Source: Polyangiaceae bacterium (lineage in GTDB: Bacteria; Myxococcota_A; Polyangia; Polyangiales; Polyangiaceae). From it: a stretch of DNA of 64,000 nt. Positions 63,650-64,000 of the stretch are shown here, piece by piece. Below the pieces are notes generated by a model. That model searched no databases. It was given only the letters and a program-made list of their open reading frames with translations, and was not told the DNA's origin. Within the stretch, counting starts at the first letter, position 1, and each line of letters starts with the position of its first letter. The translations under genes were made by a program, and so were the position numbers. Location: NCBI GenBank assembly GCA_044222475.1, contig JBGANF010000011.1:42626-106625 (forward strand), given 5' to 3'.

Positions 63650-64000
63650 GTCGCGCCGCGCGCGATCGAGGAGACGAACTCGACCACGGCGCGCTCCATC
63701 TGCTCGACGCCGGGCTGCTCGGTCGGCATGTGGCTCGCGCCCTCGAGGACGACCATGCGCTTCGGCCCACAGAGCCGATCGAAGAAGCGACGGCTCAGAG
63801 AGATCTCCGTCATCCGGTCGACGCCGGGGTGGGTGAGGAGCACCGGGCACACGTCGAAGGCCTCCGGCTCGACGTCCGGCGCGGTGTGCATGAGCGTGCG
63901 GAGGAAGCGCGCCGGGACCCAGTTGCCGCCACCGAGCGGATCGCGCTCGCAGAGCGCCGCGAGCTCGGGCTTGTTCGAGATCCGATCCATCTTCGACATG
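63646..64000 (-). CDS. Alpha/beta hydrolase, C-terminal part (5'-truncated by the window edge)
   Basis: PVLLTHPGVDRMT and LEGASHMP are consistent with the catalytic Asp and His positions. Confidence 0.7.
   Translation of the reverse strand, partial: MSKMDRISNKPELAALCERDPLGGGNWVPARFLRTLMHTAPDVEPEAFDVCPVLLTHPGVDRMTEISLSRRFFDRLCGPKRMVVLEGASHMPTEQPGVEQMERAVVEFVSSIARGAT

Overview
High-GC bacterial chromosomal segment with about 60 densely packed genes. Gene content (Cys-rich lipoproteins, several Ser/Thr kinases, an FHA-sigma54 activator, a DUF2330 protein with a MYXO-CTERM-like tail, a lipoprotein ferritin-like protein) points to a myxobacterium, probably Polyangiaceae/Labilitrichaceae-like; this is inference. 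Recognisable genes: pyrG, hppD, hmgA, xth, dacB, sua5, a sigma-70 factor, a chlorite dismutase/HemQ-family protein, and a dispersed aromatic-CoA (anthranilate/benzoate-type) catabolic set. I saw no rRNA, tRNA, CRISPR array, transposase or integrase. The best candidates for undescribed biology are: (1) a tightly coupled P450 + DUF455 diiron + ATP-grasp-like operon at 52931-56007; (2) a YdjM-type membrane hydrolase fused to a transglutaminase-elicitor-like domain, beside a stand-alone YdjM paralog, at 34866-37283; (3) a decayed four-helix-bundle gene enclosed by ~50-bp hexamer-built inverted repeats at 50048-50387; (4) a TANNNT-N6-8-start codon pattern before about a dozen genes, suggesting leaderless transcription; (5) a REP-like element starting at stop codons, present twice; (6) a 52-aa basic ORF behind a near-consensus sigma-70 promoter; (7) an OYE flavoenzyme with a fibronectin-III-like tail. 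All family calls come from motif recognition by eye; no database search was run.
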